DNA of 63,935 nt, filler included, from Blastocystis sp. subtype 4 (Eukaryota): NCBI RefSeq assembly GCF_000743755.1. It is 3 parts of 3 records of this genome, joined end to end, with 100 filler letters (N's around TTAATTAATTAA, not from the genome) between each part and the next. Parts side by side here need not be neighbours in the genome. Positions count along the whole stretch, not along the records: positions 1 to 27,103 come from NW_014569390.1; 2 more parts are not named here. One strand, written 5' to 3'. The notes under the pieces were generated by a model. It made no database searches. It was not told the origin of the DNA and worked only from the letters and a program-made list of their open reading frames with translations. Positions 12,841 to 24,618 of the stretch are shown here, piece by piece. Positions within the stretch are counted from its first letter, which is position 1. Each line of letters opens with the position of its first letter. Made by a program: the position numbers and the translations under genes.

Positions 12841-12942
12841 GATTATTGCCTATAAAAGAACAAAAGTGGCTGACTCAATAAGAATATCGAAAAACCACGG
12901 TTACGAAAACATATGCAACAAACACCTCCTGTTTAAAAAAAC

Positions 12943-15236
12943 TCAAAAATAATTCTCTTGATTGAGAACAACATCTGTTAGTAATTGCAGATAGATTCCA
13001 GAATTGACCGAATCTGTTCCCTTTCCTTTTCGAATAATGAAGAATCTTCATAATACCTACACTTCATTCATCCACTGAAATTTGACATTTTGGCTGAATT
13101 TTCGAGATTCTTCTTGTAGACAGGATCTGTAAGGATCTTGTCTACCAAAAATATAAACTCCTCGGGAGTATCATAGAGCAGTCCATTCACTCCATTGACA
13201 ATAACTGAGGCATTGCCAGGATTATTTCGGGCAATAATGATCTTGCCAGCACTAGCAGATTCCAGTAACACTGCCGCAAATCCCTCCGAGATACTTGTGT
13301 TAACTACCACATCGACATCCATCAAAATCTTCATAAAATCAGAGTGCGGGACAGGACTATGTATGATCACATCACTGTACTCCTACGCAACATAACTAAC
13401 TCCATGAAGCAGGCGAGCAGGATCGCGTTGTTTTGAAAACGAATAGTTGGAAGGAAACGATCGAATATGGTCCTCAGGAATTCGAATAAACAGTGAATCT
13501 GCATACTCCTTGTCCAGAACAGGTCCAATGATACAGAGATTAGCACGAGGATGAGTTTCATGATAGGTTGAGAATGTGTCTAACACATGATGAAGATCCT
13601 TAATCTATCCTTAAGAATGGACCCAATGCATACAGGACGAATCCCTGAAGGGAGAATCAGAAGTTGATCTAGTGATGTTAACTCAAGAATGTCACGAAGC
13701 ATATGAGAAGCTTCTCCAGGAGTCTCAGCACTCTAGAGTCTCAGTTCTTTCCTTTCTCTACCTGACTGATGACAGTGATGGGAGGATAGGGTTGGCCGAG
13801 AAGATTGGCTGCTCGCATCTTCATATCCTCCGTGAAGGCAATGATATGTGTGGCTTTCTGAAGAACATGCTTCACTGTCTCTCCTTTGGTTATGTGTCCA
13901 GCACTAACATTGATATCAGTTCCTCCCATCATCAGGATAAAAGGAAGATCTGTCTCTGCAGCAAATACTCCAGCACGAAGAGCGTGAATGCAAAAGAGAG
14001 AGATGAGATAACTATTCTGACAATAATCAGGATTGGACAGAATCGCTAGGAGATTCGATGTGGCAAATGAATCTGTTGTGTCTACCATCTGTACAACATA
14101 CCCCAAAGCTTTCAAATGACTTGCTACGCGGATTCCCGTGATTGTATTACCTGTACCTTCTTTCAATGATAACATCATCACTACACGAGGCTGCTTCTCT
14201 CCATTCGACATATTCAATCCAATATGACTTTCAGCATAGGAACACAATTTAATCTGCTTATCTTGCAGATACTGGGGGAGATGACAATCGGTAAGGATCT
14301 TATATTCAAACTCACGTTCAGGCGACTGGCTAAATCCATCAGCTCCCGTTCCACATCCCCATAAACTCGGATCCGGCTCAGGAACACCAGGATGTGTCAT
14401 TAACTCGAGAGTGGTAATCGAGGATGCGCTGCACGGATAACGAAGACAACAATTAAGGATCCGCTGAACGGACATTGTATTCCCGCCAATTGAACTGCCA
14501 ATTCCATAACCACCATATACTCCATGACGATAGTAGATAGGACGCGATTTGATTGTCTACACATTCAAAAGCCATTACATAACAAACATTTTGATGTGTC
14601 ACTTGTCGGAAGGATTTTCTAGGATTCGTATTCATCCAACCAACTTCATCCATATCTTCAGAAGGAAAACGCGTTCGATGAATTCCATACTCTTCAAATA
14701 CCGTTGCAATGCGATCTGCAAAACGAGGATATATGTGAACATGCTGATGCCCATCAACATAATCTGGACGTGCTCCAACAAGCAAAATAAAGCGATCCAA
14801 CTACCATGAACAATATCAAACAATCCTACTTGAGCGCGTAACTCTCGTTCCACATCATCGACTGACACGATTCCATTCCTTTCTGCATAAATAAATCCTT
14901 CTTTCCCGTGGAATTGGGCAACTCCTGACTTGGAAGTGATTAATGTAGGAATTGAAACCGGATCTGAAATGGAAATGCCTTCAGAAATGTTGAAATGAAG
15001 ACCTAGTGGCAAACCAACGTTTTGTGCCTTTTTCACTGCCTCTTCAGCAGTCTTTCCATTCACCTAGCGAAATTACTTTCCATTCTCTGTTCCATACCAT
15101 AAGACTTGTTCCCGTTAGAATGCCATTGACAAAGCAATCAACGATTGCATCATCTCGACGAGGCGAATATCTATTTTTCACATCCTATAAAGTCTATAGC
15201 TTACCCGAAATCGTCAGCAGTAACTATCAATTCCAT
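12943..15236 (-). CDS. YdjC/ChbG-family carbohydrate deacetylase fused to GLT1D1-like GT4 glycosyltransferase
   Basis: MELIVTADDFG, LGLHFNISEG, DGHQHVH, ELMTHPG (YdjC). The same exon (13741-14475) continues into GTGNTITGIRVASHL, MGGTDIN, AFTEDMK; later SEGFAAVLLE (GT4 EX7E motif). Confidence 0.88.
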
Positions 15237-15740
15237 TTTTTGAAGTATTCTTGGAAAAGGTCATTTCCATAATCCTCTGTCGCAGCAGAATATCCTGTTT
15301 TTATCAACTATGGAAACCGAGTATCTGCAAAGTAGATACGGAACATGTTAACAGACTCCCATTTTGTCATTTGTTTTTTCACGATCATCCAATCCTACTC
15401 AATTAGGAGTGAACGGATTACTTAGACACTATTTGGAATCCCGCGAAGAGAAGGTAATTACCGTGGGTATTTGGAGCCGACCAATCAAATACGGCTCGTT
15501 GAACTCATTTCCATCGACCCCGTCAATATCACTCTTTATTGATCGCCTGTATTAAACAGCGTAATCTCCACATCTGATATACATTGTTCACACACTGAAA
15601 AGGTAGGTATTGAAGCTGTCTGGCAATTGCGGTTTTGTTTTCTTCGCATAATCTAGTGTTCCTTTCGTCTTCCTTTGGGATTTTTGCTAACTGTACATCC
15701 TAGAGGCAATTCATTTCGCGTTTCCACATTGTGTTTAAAG

Positions 15741-16782
15741 ATGGCTCCCCGCACTTCCAGAAGACAACGAGCACAGGACTCCTACACTGAGGAGAGCGAC
15801 GACAGTTCGAGCAAACGACGAAGAAGTGAAAAGAAGACGCAAGTAGACATCAAGGCAGAAATGGATTCCTATGGTAACCTTCACTGGTAGTCTCAGATTG
15901 TGTAGAGGACGATATTGAATACAAAGAAGCAATCGAGGCACTTGAAAAGAAGAGAGAAAACCTTCTCCTTCTCATCCATACAGAATTGCGCATGCGCCTT
16001 GAAAATGCAAATACACAAGCTGCGTTTGAGGAGAAACGGATTAATCAGTTCTATGAGGTTGGCGTGGAGGCGGGTTTTCAGAGATAGGATCAGGTAGCAG
16101 AACTAAAACGACGGGTATCGGAAGAACAAAAGACAAAAACACGAAGCATGACTGCAGAAGCTCAAAGTTGGGATTCTTAGTTTGACTCACTTGTCTAGTT
16201 CGCCAACATCGTATGGTCTCTCACAAATTTGATATGAACCCTATGAGTCCCCCTACGTTATCCAAAAGTTAGCATTTGGCTGGAATGTGATTGATAGAGG
16301 ATCAACCTGGATTTACTGTTCAACTAACAGAAGAAGAGATTGTAGATGATTTGTTATATATGGCTCGAGATTGGGCAAGGGTCTGCGAGGAGCATCATCT
16401 GGAGAAGAGTTGTACCGCAGTTCCATTGTCCTACAATCGTCTCCTATTGAATGACCATGTGATTTACCCTAATACTCCCTGTACAGTAATGTCAGGAGGC
16501 AATCGACTATATGATTGCATCTTTGCAGCAACCGTAGTTAAAGAAAAAGAAGGAAAGGAGAAGAAGAAAGAGCCAGAAGTAGGGAAATAAGAGGAAAGTG
16601 ATAGGTAGTTCGTTCTGAAGGTCAGCGCTACACGAAAACGAAGATATCCCATTGACTCTCTACGGACAGGAGAAATGGAGTTAGTGTTTCAATCTGAGGA
16701 TCTTCAATCTACAAACGTAGAAAACAAAGCAAACAATCCGGATAACGAAGTACCTGATGACGATATCCGGGATTCAGACTAA
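15741..16782 (+). CDS. Sds3/BRMS1-like Sin3-complex subunit
   Basis: Coiled-coil region, QLTEEEIVDDL motif, and a C-terminal segment ending RYPIDSLRTGEMELV that resembles the SUDS3 C-terminus. Confidence 0.6.
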
Positions 16783-16810
16783 CGTAGTTGTTTGTTTATA
16801 CAAAGAGGGG

Positions 16811-17530
16811 AAACATTCCGTTTATTAAGTGAGTGTTTGACGGATGGATTCCGAATCACGATTCCCATATACTTGGTAAGACCAGGATGCTGAAGCAACA
16901 CATCAGGATAGTCTAACATAAGATTCTCGATCACTGCAACTGCAATACAATCAACTACTGTGAGGTCATCAGAAACAAAGTATGCTGTCTACAAGGAACA
17001 AATATAACAATATACCTACCCCATTCCGCTTATATACAGCCTCCAATCGAGATAGAAGGACATCACACTCACCTTCTACAAATTACGATCCCATAAAACA
17101 TATACGGATCCATTCAGACAAAACACCTGGATCATTGAACAAATGAGCAAAATATCCAGAAATGATATCTTTCCATCCTTCTACCATCATATCGATTGTC
17201 GATGTCATTTTGATGTCAACATTGGGAGATATATATCTACGAAGAATACTTGACCGAGTAAATCTACTTTGCCGATAAATACCGAAGAATCGAAGTAGAT
17301 TCCACGAGATTCAAACCATCGATTTTCAAAAGAGGAAGTTGACCAAAGGGTAGTGTCCCATCCTCCAAACCTTTTGCTTTAAACTCCACCCATTCGGATG
17401 GTTTCACAGTGTACTCCTTATAATCGATTCCAGAAACATCAAGGGCAATCCTAAGAATAATGAAAATGGCTTAACAGTACCGGATTGCCTCTCCAAACCC
17501 AATATCTTGAAAATAAAATAGTTCAGCCAT
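16811..17530 (-). CDS. Glutathione S-transferase (sigma/pi-like)
   Basis: MAELFYFQDIGFGEAIRIAL, TLPFGQLPLLKIDGLNLVESTSILRYL; absent from the ORF track because of introns. Confidence 0.85.
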
Positions 17531-17724
17531 ACTAAAAAAGGAAAATGATGAAAGATGGTCATATGTGAACCAATTGCGTGACTCACAAGGAATCCTATGA
17601 TTCCCGTGGTATTCTACTGACCAAAATACTCAAGATTTTCCTGCCCAACTCTGGGTTCTCGTGGAATATCCGGATCAGACAGAATCCCATTGTAGTCACG
17701 TAATATTAAGAACGAGTTCCTACT

Positions 17725-20489
17725 ATGGGTACGTGTATGTCACGCAATGTCGTTTCTGATGTAAACAATCGTAAGGGAGTTTTGTTATCCTTACCAACAG
17801 AGAACGAAGCAGAGCTGAAGACTTTGAAATTGAAATTCATGGTAGTTGTGGACATAAAGATGGATTCGTAGGCTCTTGCGGAGACGCGGAGTGACGAGGG
17901 ATATATTCTAAAAGAGGATTTCTTTAAATTTTTCAACCTTCCAGGTCTGTTAGGCGGTAGAACATGACTGAAAGGATTTTATAAGATAGAGCGTTTATTC
18001 AATATTTTCGATGAAAACCGAAATGAGAAGATCTACTGGACCGAATTTAAGAACGGTGTACAAATGTGTATGTATGGAGGAGAAGAACAGCTGAACGAAT
18101 TTATCTTCCATTTCTTCGACTTGTCTGAGTTGTGATAGCGGTAGGATATCATGGATAGTGATAGTGTGATCGACTTTGTCGAATTCCGGTCCATTATGAA
18201 TCATCTTCCTCCGAGCATTTTCTTCGTTACTTTGAAGTCTGCTGAGAATCGCAGCGATGCTGCTGTCAGTACAACTTCTATTCTTCTTTGATCGTAGACT
18301 GGACACAACAATATGCTCCCAATATGAACGATCTAGTATTATCGATATAGAAAAGTAATCTTTAGCCTTCGGAAGCGTTTCAAGATGGAATCAAGATTCT
18401 TCTACAAGCATATTTTGAATCAGATACGGATGATGTGGTTGAGATTTCTCTATTGATTCATTCATAGCATGCTGTCATCAATTATCATGATTTCTCTGTT
18501 TTCCTTCGTGAACAATCCCATTTAGAAGACTATTTCCGGAGTATTTTTAATGTGACTAAGCGAAATGTCACATTTAATGGCAGCACAATTACTGCTAATT
18601 ATAACACTTTTGTGAATTCCACAAAACCTACCGAAAGTTACAAAACCATGCCATTTGATATGATTGATCCTGAAGTGTATAAGACCCGAACAGATCGAAG
18701 TATGGCAAAACAGGGACGAGCTGAGAAATGGAATGGATTCACACGTGCATATTGGTGTATCACTTGTGCGTACTGTGGAAAGGAGGTGCGATTCTGTTCT
18801 ATGTGTCAAGGGGAATTACTGCCTGTAGATCGCAAGGCAGAGCCAGATCTGACAGAAGAGGATGCAACACTGAAGAAGATGCAGTGTACGGAGTGTCATC
18901 GTGTGATTACACTCCGATTCTGTAGCAATTGTGGTCATCAGTTCAAAGAGGAAGAGATAGATGCTCACATGGAAATCCCTGGTGTCAATGTATTCTTAAG
19001 GAGTGTATGATCATGAATAGTCTGAGGTAAAGGAACATTCTGGACCGTTGTATGTTCTCTCTGTGTTCAATCGTATGAAGAAGAACTTTGTACGGATTCA
19101 CAATCAGTTTCTCTATATCTATGCTTCAATCTATGCAGAGGCTCCTACCACTGTAGTATCAATGGAGAAGGCTACTGTTGCTCCGTAATTCTGGTCGATT
19201 TTTGTTATGTTTAGAATCACAGAAGAGACCAATAAGCGAAGTGGATATTATGGTTTCCGTATGCAGTTCCCTGCGACCTATGACCGTGAATTCTATGCTA
19301 CAAGTGAAAGTGAGCGTGATGAGTGGATAGCAATGATTCGAGACATGACAGAAGTGCGTCAAATTGAAGATTATTTTGACATTCGAGAGAAGATTGGTGA
19401 AGGACGATTTGCCACTGTATACCGAGTACCTTTAGCCCTGTAATCTGATTGATAGTGTGTGGACAAGAAGACATTACGAGAGTGTGCAGTGAAGGTGATC
19501 AATAAGAAGAAACTCACCGAAGTAGAGAATAAGGAAGGATTATGATGATTGTAGAAGGAAGCTGGTTTGATCCAGACTGAGATTGCTATTCTTACTTTAG
19601 TTCAACATAAGAACATAGTGGAGCTAATTGACACTTTCGAGGCGAAGGATGTAATTTCTCTGTTCAGACTCAACATTAGAATATTTACATTGTCATGGAG
19701 TTACTACGGGGTGGTGAACTCTTTGATCGCATTTGTGGTCGTTCTATATTCACTGAAGAAGAGGCATTTCGTATCATATATCCACTTACTGACTGTTTGT
19801 GCTATCTCCATCGCATGGGAATCATTCATCGTGATATCAAGGTAAGTTTGAGCAAGAGAAATGACCTATAGCCAGAGAACATTCTGTGCAAGGATTCATT
19901 GTTTGACGTAAAAATCGGGGATTTTGGGCTTTCCAAATTGGTATTCCCAGATGAAAAGTTGGATTATCCATGTGGAACATTGAATTATATCGGTAGATAT
20001 GAGGATGGGGTATGATTCATAGCACCTGAGGTAATTAGTAAGCAAGGTTATACTACCAAGGCAGATATGTGGAGTTTGGGAGTGATCTTTTATCTCTTGT
20101 GAGTTTATTCAGATGTAATGACAGTTAGACTACGAGGACGATTACCATTTGATGGAGATCGTCAAGAGACGATCATCAAAGCAATTGTTACTGCACAACC
20201 AGACTATAACAACTCTGCTTTCCTGAATCTGTCTTATAATGTATGTCTGAAGAGAGATAATGAGATTTAGTGTCGAGAGGCGATCAAGGGATTGTTACAA
20301 AAGAATCCTGATATGCGTTTGTCAGCAGATGATCTTATGCATCATCCCTGGTTCGCAGATATGAAGACACGAATGAAGATTCGTCCGTATAAACCGAAAC
20401 TGACACCATCATCTCGTCTTCGCCAGATCAAAGTAGATGAAGAAGAGAAACCAGAAGAGGTTCCTATGGAACAAAAGACTGAAGAATAG
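17725..20489 (+). CDS. CAMK-group kinase with N-myristoylation site, EF-hands, zinc ribbons and PH domain (CDPK7-like architecture)
   Basis: MGTC N-terminus; FDENRNEKIYWTEF EF-hand; CxxC pairs at 18552-19010; PH helix REFYATSESERDEWIAMI; kinase motifs IGEGRFATV, HRDIK, DFG, APE. Confidence 0.85.
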
Positions 20490-20528
20490 TAGGACTGTAT
20501 CTTGTTTGAGCGATTAAACAAACACTCA

Positions 20529-21750
20529 AAAAGTGGTGATGTTTATCACTATGACGTTCTCTCTGTCCTGGTTTTGCGTATTTTGCACATTGAGGACAAT
20601 CTGGACAAACAGGACAATCTTTCGGGCAAAACCAGTGATTCTGCTTGCAATACACCGGATACTCCTTTCCACCATTTAAACAATAATAACACCAATGATA
20701 TGTCCTTCCTTGAAGTTTACAACCTGGGCAACCACCTGAACTGTATCCAATATGATGACACTAGATGAAAGACCATTTCTATCCATACTTCATCTCCATA
20801 ATAGTGTGTTACAGGAGTATGACACATGGGACATCTTCGGAATGAATGGTCCTCTTCCAAGTCTTCTGCTCGAGGACATTTACCGTCCTTTGCTTCTTCA
20901 TTACCTATGTTATAATATCGAACTAGATGTACAATGACGACAGAATTGACGATGACAAGTTAAACATTCCACAACCTTCTTTTCCGAAATGGGAGGTAGT
21001 CCATCAAGAATTGCTCCACAATTGGGAAGAGGGCAAATACAACGATTCTTATCCATATTCGTCCGATATTCCAACATCTTCTCTCCCAAACGCTTCCAAT
21101 TCTTGTCACCTCCGAGACGCAACAATTCGAGAGGGTGTGGAAGTTTACAGTCAGCAAAACAGTTCATGGTGAATAGTCTTGTTCGGTCATCATAACTCAC
21201 TTTTGATAGATCATTACAGCTATTCTAGAGACTTAAATCCAAAATAGTATTGTTACAGCAGCATATTCTGCAAAACACTCCAGACAGAGGCGATGTCCAC
21301 AAGACAGTTCAACCATAAAACTCATATCTGTACAAAAGGCGTCCATCTCACACCATTCAGGATCCTCCCCGTTCACTTGAGGTGCTCGCTTCAGATTTGG
21401 CAACGCTGAACAGATATGGCTACATTCCTATAATTAATAACTGTAACAATTATAACTCGACAAGTTACAACAATCTCAGGTCGCACAATCATATCACAAA
21501 CGCAACAGACAAAGGTATCGTGATCAATACAATCCTCAGATCCACATTCGGGGCAGATGTAAGTCTACGTAATCAAGATGAACCCTTTGCCCAACTTCTC
21601 TTCCTCTTCGAATTCGAACTACATCACCTGTTGTCATGGTTGTATAGTCTTTTGCAAGATACTTACAATCCTCGGCAGTTTTCTATATTCTGATTGTAGC
21701 AAAGAAAGAGATACACAGCAGTAGGGACATACAACAAAGAATTCCTCCAT
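20529..21750 (-). CDS. RBR (RING-IBR-RING) E3 ubiquitin ligase-like
   Basis: CPLPNC..ECLTCHRQFCRHC (IBR); RING2-like CPMCH..CHHI..C..HWCYYC; Cys-rich C-terminus. Confidence 0.75.
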
Positions 21751-21876
21751 AGTTATGATACAACGAAAGAACCCAAATTCGCTTGTTTTTTGTACTCTCT
21801 TTGAATGACATTTCCTAGCTCCCTAACCATTCGTCTGAGTAAGCAGAAGAAGTTTCATGTTTTATGGAATAGAAGG

Positions 21877-22775
21877 ATGCAGCATGACGATTTGATTTGG
21901 CAGATCATCAACAATGAGTTTTGTTCCTTCAAAGCCAAGCTTCGGATGGAAAAGCAGGCATTCTGTAGGAATCCATATAATGTCACTGGGTTATGTTCGA
22001 GGAAGAACTGTCCTTTGGCGAATTCCCGATATGCGACGATTCGAGAGGAGAAGGGAAAATGCTATTTGTAGGCATCCTATAGATAGATGAATTTGATGTC
22101 TAGATGTATGAAAACAATTGAGAGAGCGCATTCACCGAAACATTTGTGGGAGAAAGTAGAACTTCCCGAAAACAAGGAACAAGCAATGAAGGTGATTGAT
22201 GAGAATCTCCAATACTGGCCGGAGTTTATGATTGAGAAGAGTAAACAGCGTCTCCTCCGTATTCGTCAATACCTGAAGCGTATGCGTAAGCTGCGTATGT
22301 CTGTTCAGTATCCTTGTATCATCAAATTCATTCTAGACCTGAATATGAGCGTATTCATCGAAAAACAGAAAAGCGTGAGGCTGTACGTGAAAAGAAGGCA
22401 GAGAGTGCTGCCAAACTGGAGAAGTCGATCGAATCAGAATTGCTAGAACGTTTGAAGAAGGGAACCTATGGAGACATTTATAACTTTGCACCTGAAGAGT
22501 TCAACAATGTTCTAGATGAGAATGAAGGTTCGATTAATAGAAGGAAGTAATGATTAGAGGAAGAAGAGTTTGAAGACGAGGATGAGTTTATTGAGGACAT
22601 GGAGGAAGATGAGGATTTGGAAGATGCTGGAGATGCGCTGATGAGTGCTACAAGATCTAAGGATGGAAAGACGTGTGTGAATTGTGATATTGTGATGTGT
22701 AGACCACGCTCTGGTTCCCATATAGAGTTGGAATATGAAGAGGAGAAGGAAGATCCTCTGCTAGAGGAGAATTAA
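21877..22775 (+). CDS. MAK16: 60S biogenesis factor MAK16
   Basis: [64 protein letters not shown]. Confidence 0.95.
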
Positions 22776-22841
22776 TGTTCTTTTATGTGTTTTTATGAGT
22801 TGTATTGTTATTAGACCTGAGTAGATTGAAAGAAACATTCG

Positions 22842-24364
22842 ATTCAATTTGTTTTCCAAAGACATTGTACATAAGATGGACCATATTTGTATAATACCCC
22901 TCTTCTCCCTCTTCTATTACTTCTATTGGATCATATTCCTAGATTATACCTACCTTGTCGAGCTGCATCTCGGAGACTATGATACTTCTCTGTCATACTC
23001 TTCATAAACCCATCACTTTGAAGCAATTGATCTAGACAACTTTGTTCCCCTTGATCCTTGGCAGTCTTCAATAACTCTAAGTAGGATTCAAGAAGAAGGT
23101 TATTCATCTTCCATTGCTCCGAAGTCAGATCCTCCATACATTGAGAACACACGTTGACAGTGGATAAAGAAGGAGTCGTCGGGAATAGAGCCAACAACCG
23201 TCCATAAATCTGCAAAGCTCGTTTCTTCTGATCTTCCGTAGAGCTCGACACAGCTTGCTCAAGCAGAGACACACCATCATGCTTCAAGAAGAACTCTGCC
23301 ATCTCTGGATACTTAGCAATGATCACACTCATTGCATAATAGACTTTTCGTTGAATCGTTTCTTCTTGGGATGTTCCCAGCTTCAACAGACACTTCATCA
23401 CCTCCTCACAGAAGGATAAATCTTGAATCGACAGAGCATTCTTGTAGAGAGTTGCAATTGTTACAATACTCTCCTTCAGGAGATCTTGATTAACTGCAGG
23501 CATACTTGCTAATTGCACAAACATTTTTGCCAACAATTCTTCCCCTTTCATCTTCAACAAATCTTCCGCATTATCAACATCCTAGAAATGAAGCCTCTTT
23601 TCTTCTCTTACTAAGATCAACCACTGGGTATCTGTGATTGTTTGCTGTAATGACATCTCCTCAGTTTCATTTGTTAGATGGGAAGGCAGATTCTCAACGA
23701 CAGAACGAAGTGTCTCCAATCGTTCCATAAGAATATCTGCATCTCCACGCACATCCTTCATCGCTTCAGCAAGAGTCTTTTGACGATGTTCCCATACTGT
23801 ATCAATAATTCGTTTCTTCTCTTCTTCCGAAAGCTTTTCATATCCCTTCAACTCTTCCAATGGTTCTGGGAGAGACTATTTGTCTATACAACATAGAATT
23901 CCTACCAACAACACTCGTTCCTTCATTTGATCAGGTGTTTCATGAACTGCTTCCTTATCTCTGCATGTTACCATCGCCTTTCATACTTACTTGTTCAGCA
24001 AAGCATCTGTGATCACTTTCGCCAGTTTCTCTTCTTCAGTGACCTCTCGAACTTCAGAATCCTTTGGATTACTAACAACGACTCCTCTGTTTGCAGAATC
24101 CTCCACTCCATCATCGAGTTTAGCATATTTCTTGTGTGTATTGAAGTCCATACGCACTTTTAAGCCCTTTAATAACACTCAATTCTACATTCGTACCTTT
24201 GGAATAGATTGGCCTGGAAGTACTTCTTGCCATTCATTTGTTGGAATGAACTCTCCAACTACAATATTCTTCTTGAAAATGGTTTCTCTGTTAGCAAAGA
24301 CAATTGCAGTCAATGCTACAGCTATTGCGATAATAATTGTTGATTTGATAGCTCTCGATTTCAT
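22842..24364 (-). CDS. SIL1: SIL1-like BiP nucleotide exchange factor
   Basis: Signal anchor, then FIPTNEWQEVLPGQSIPKGLKVRMDFNT (SIL1 N-terminal motif) and an ARM-like helical body. Confidence 0.7.
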
Positions 24365-24618
24365 TAAGATATAATGAGTGAAAGAAAGAGAATGTTTTCT
24401 AGAAGTTTCTGTGCTTTCATGTTCCATGAACTCTCTCTGGTTTGTCTGGATTCGATGAATGATGAATCCCATGGAATTTAGAAATGGTCATGCGAATTGC
24501 AGAGATTCCTCAAAAATTGTATTAATCAAACCCTGTATGAGGCTCCAGAAAAACACCCGATTCTGCAGAAACTAAGCAAAGGAATATCTCGGCTATTTCC
24601 CATTCATTTCCTTTGATA

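Noticed and set aside
15240..15740. Short hairpins in a 500-nt intergenic region as a possible ncRNA
   Set aside because: No recognisable tRNA, snRNA or snoRNA motifs; consistent with a divergent promoter.
11232..22336. GTATCCTT-starting introns in Tubby (11232) and MAK16 (22308) as U12 type
   Set aside because: They are 29-30 nt with no TCCTTRAY-like branch site, so they cannot be told apart from major-class introns.
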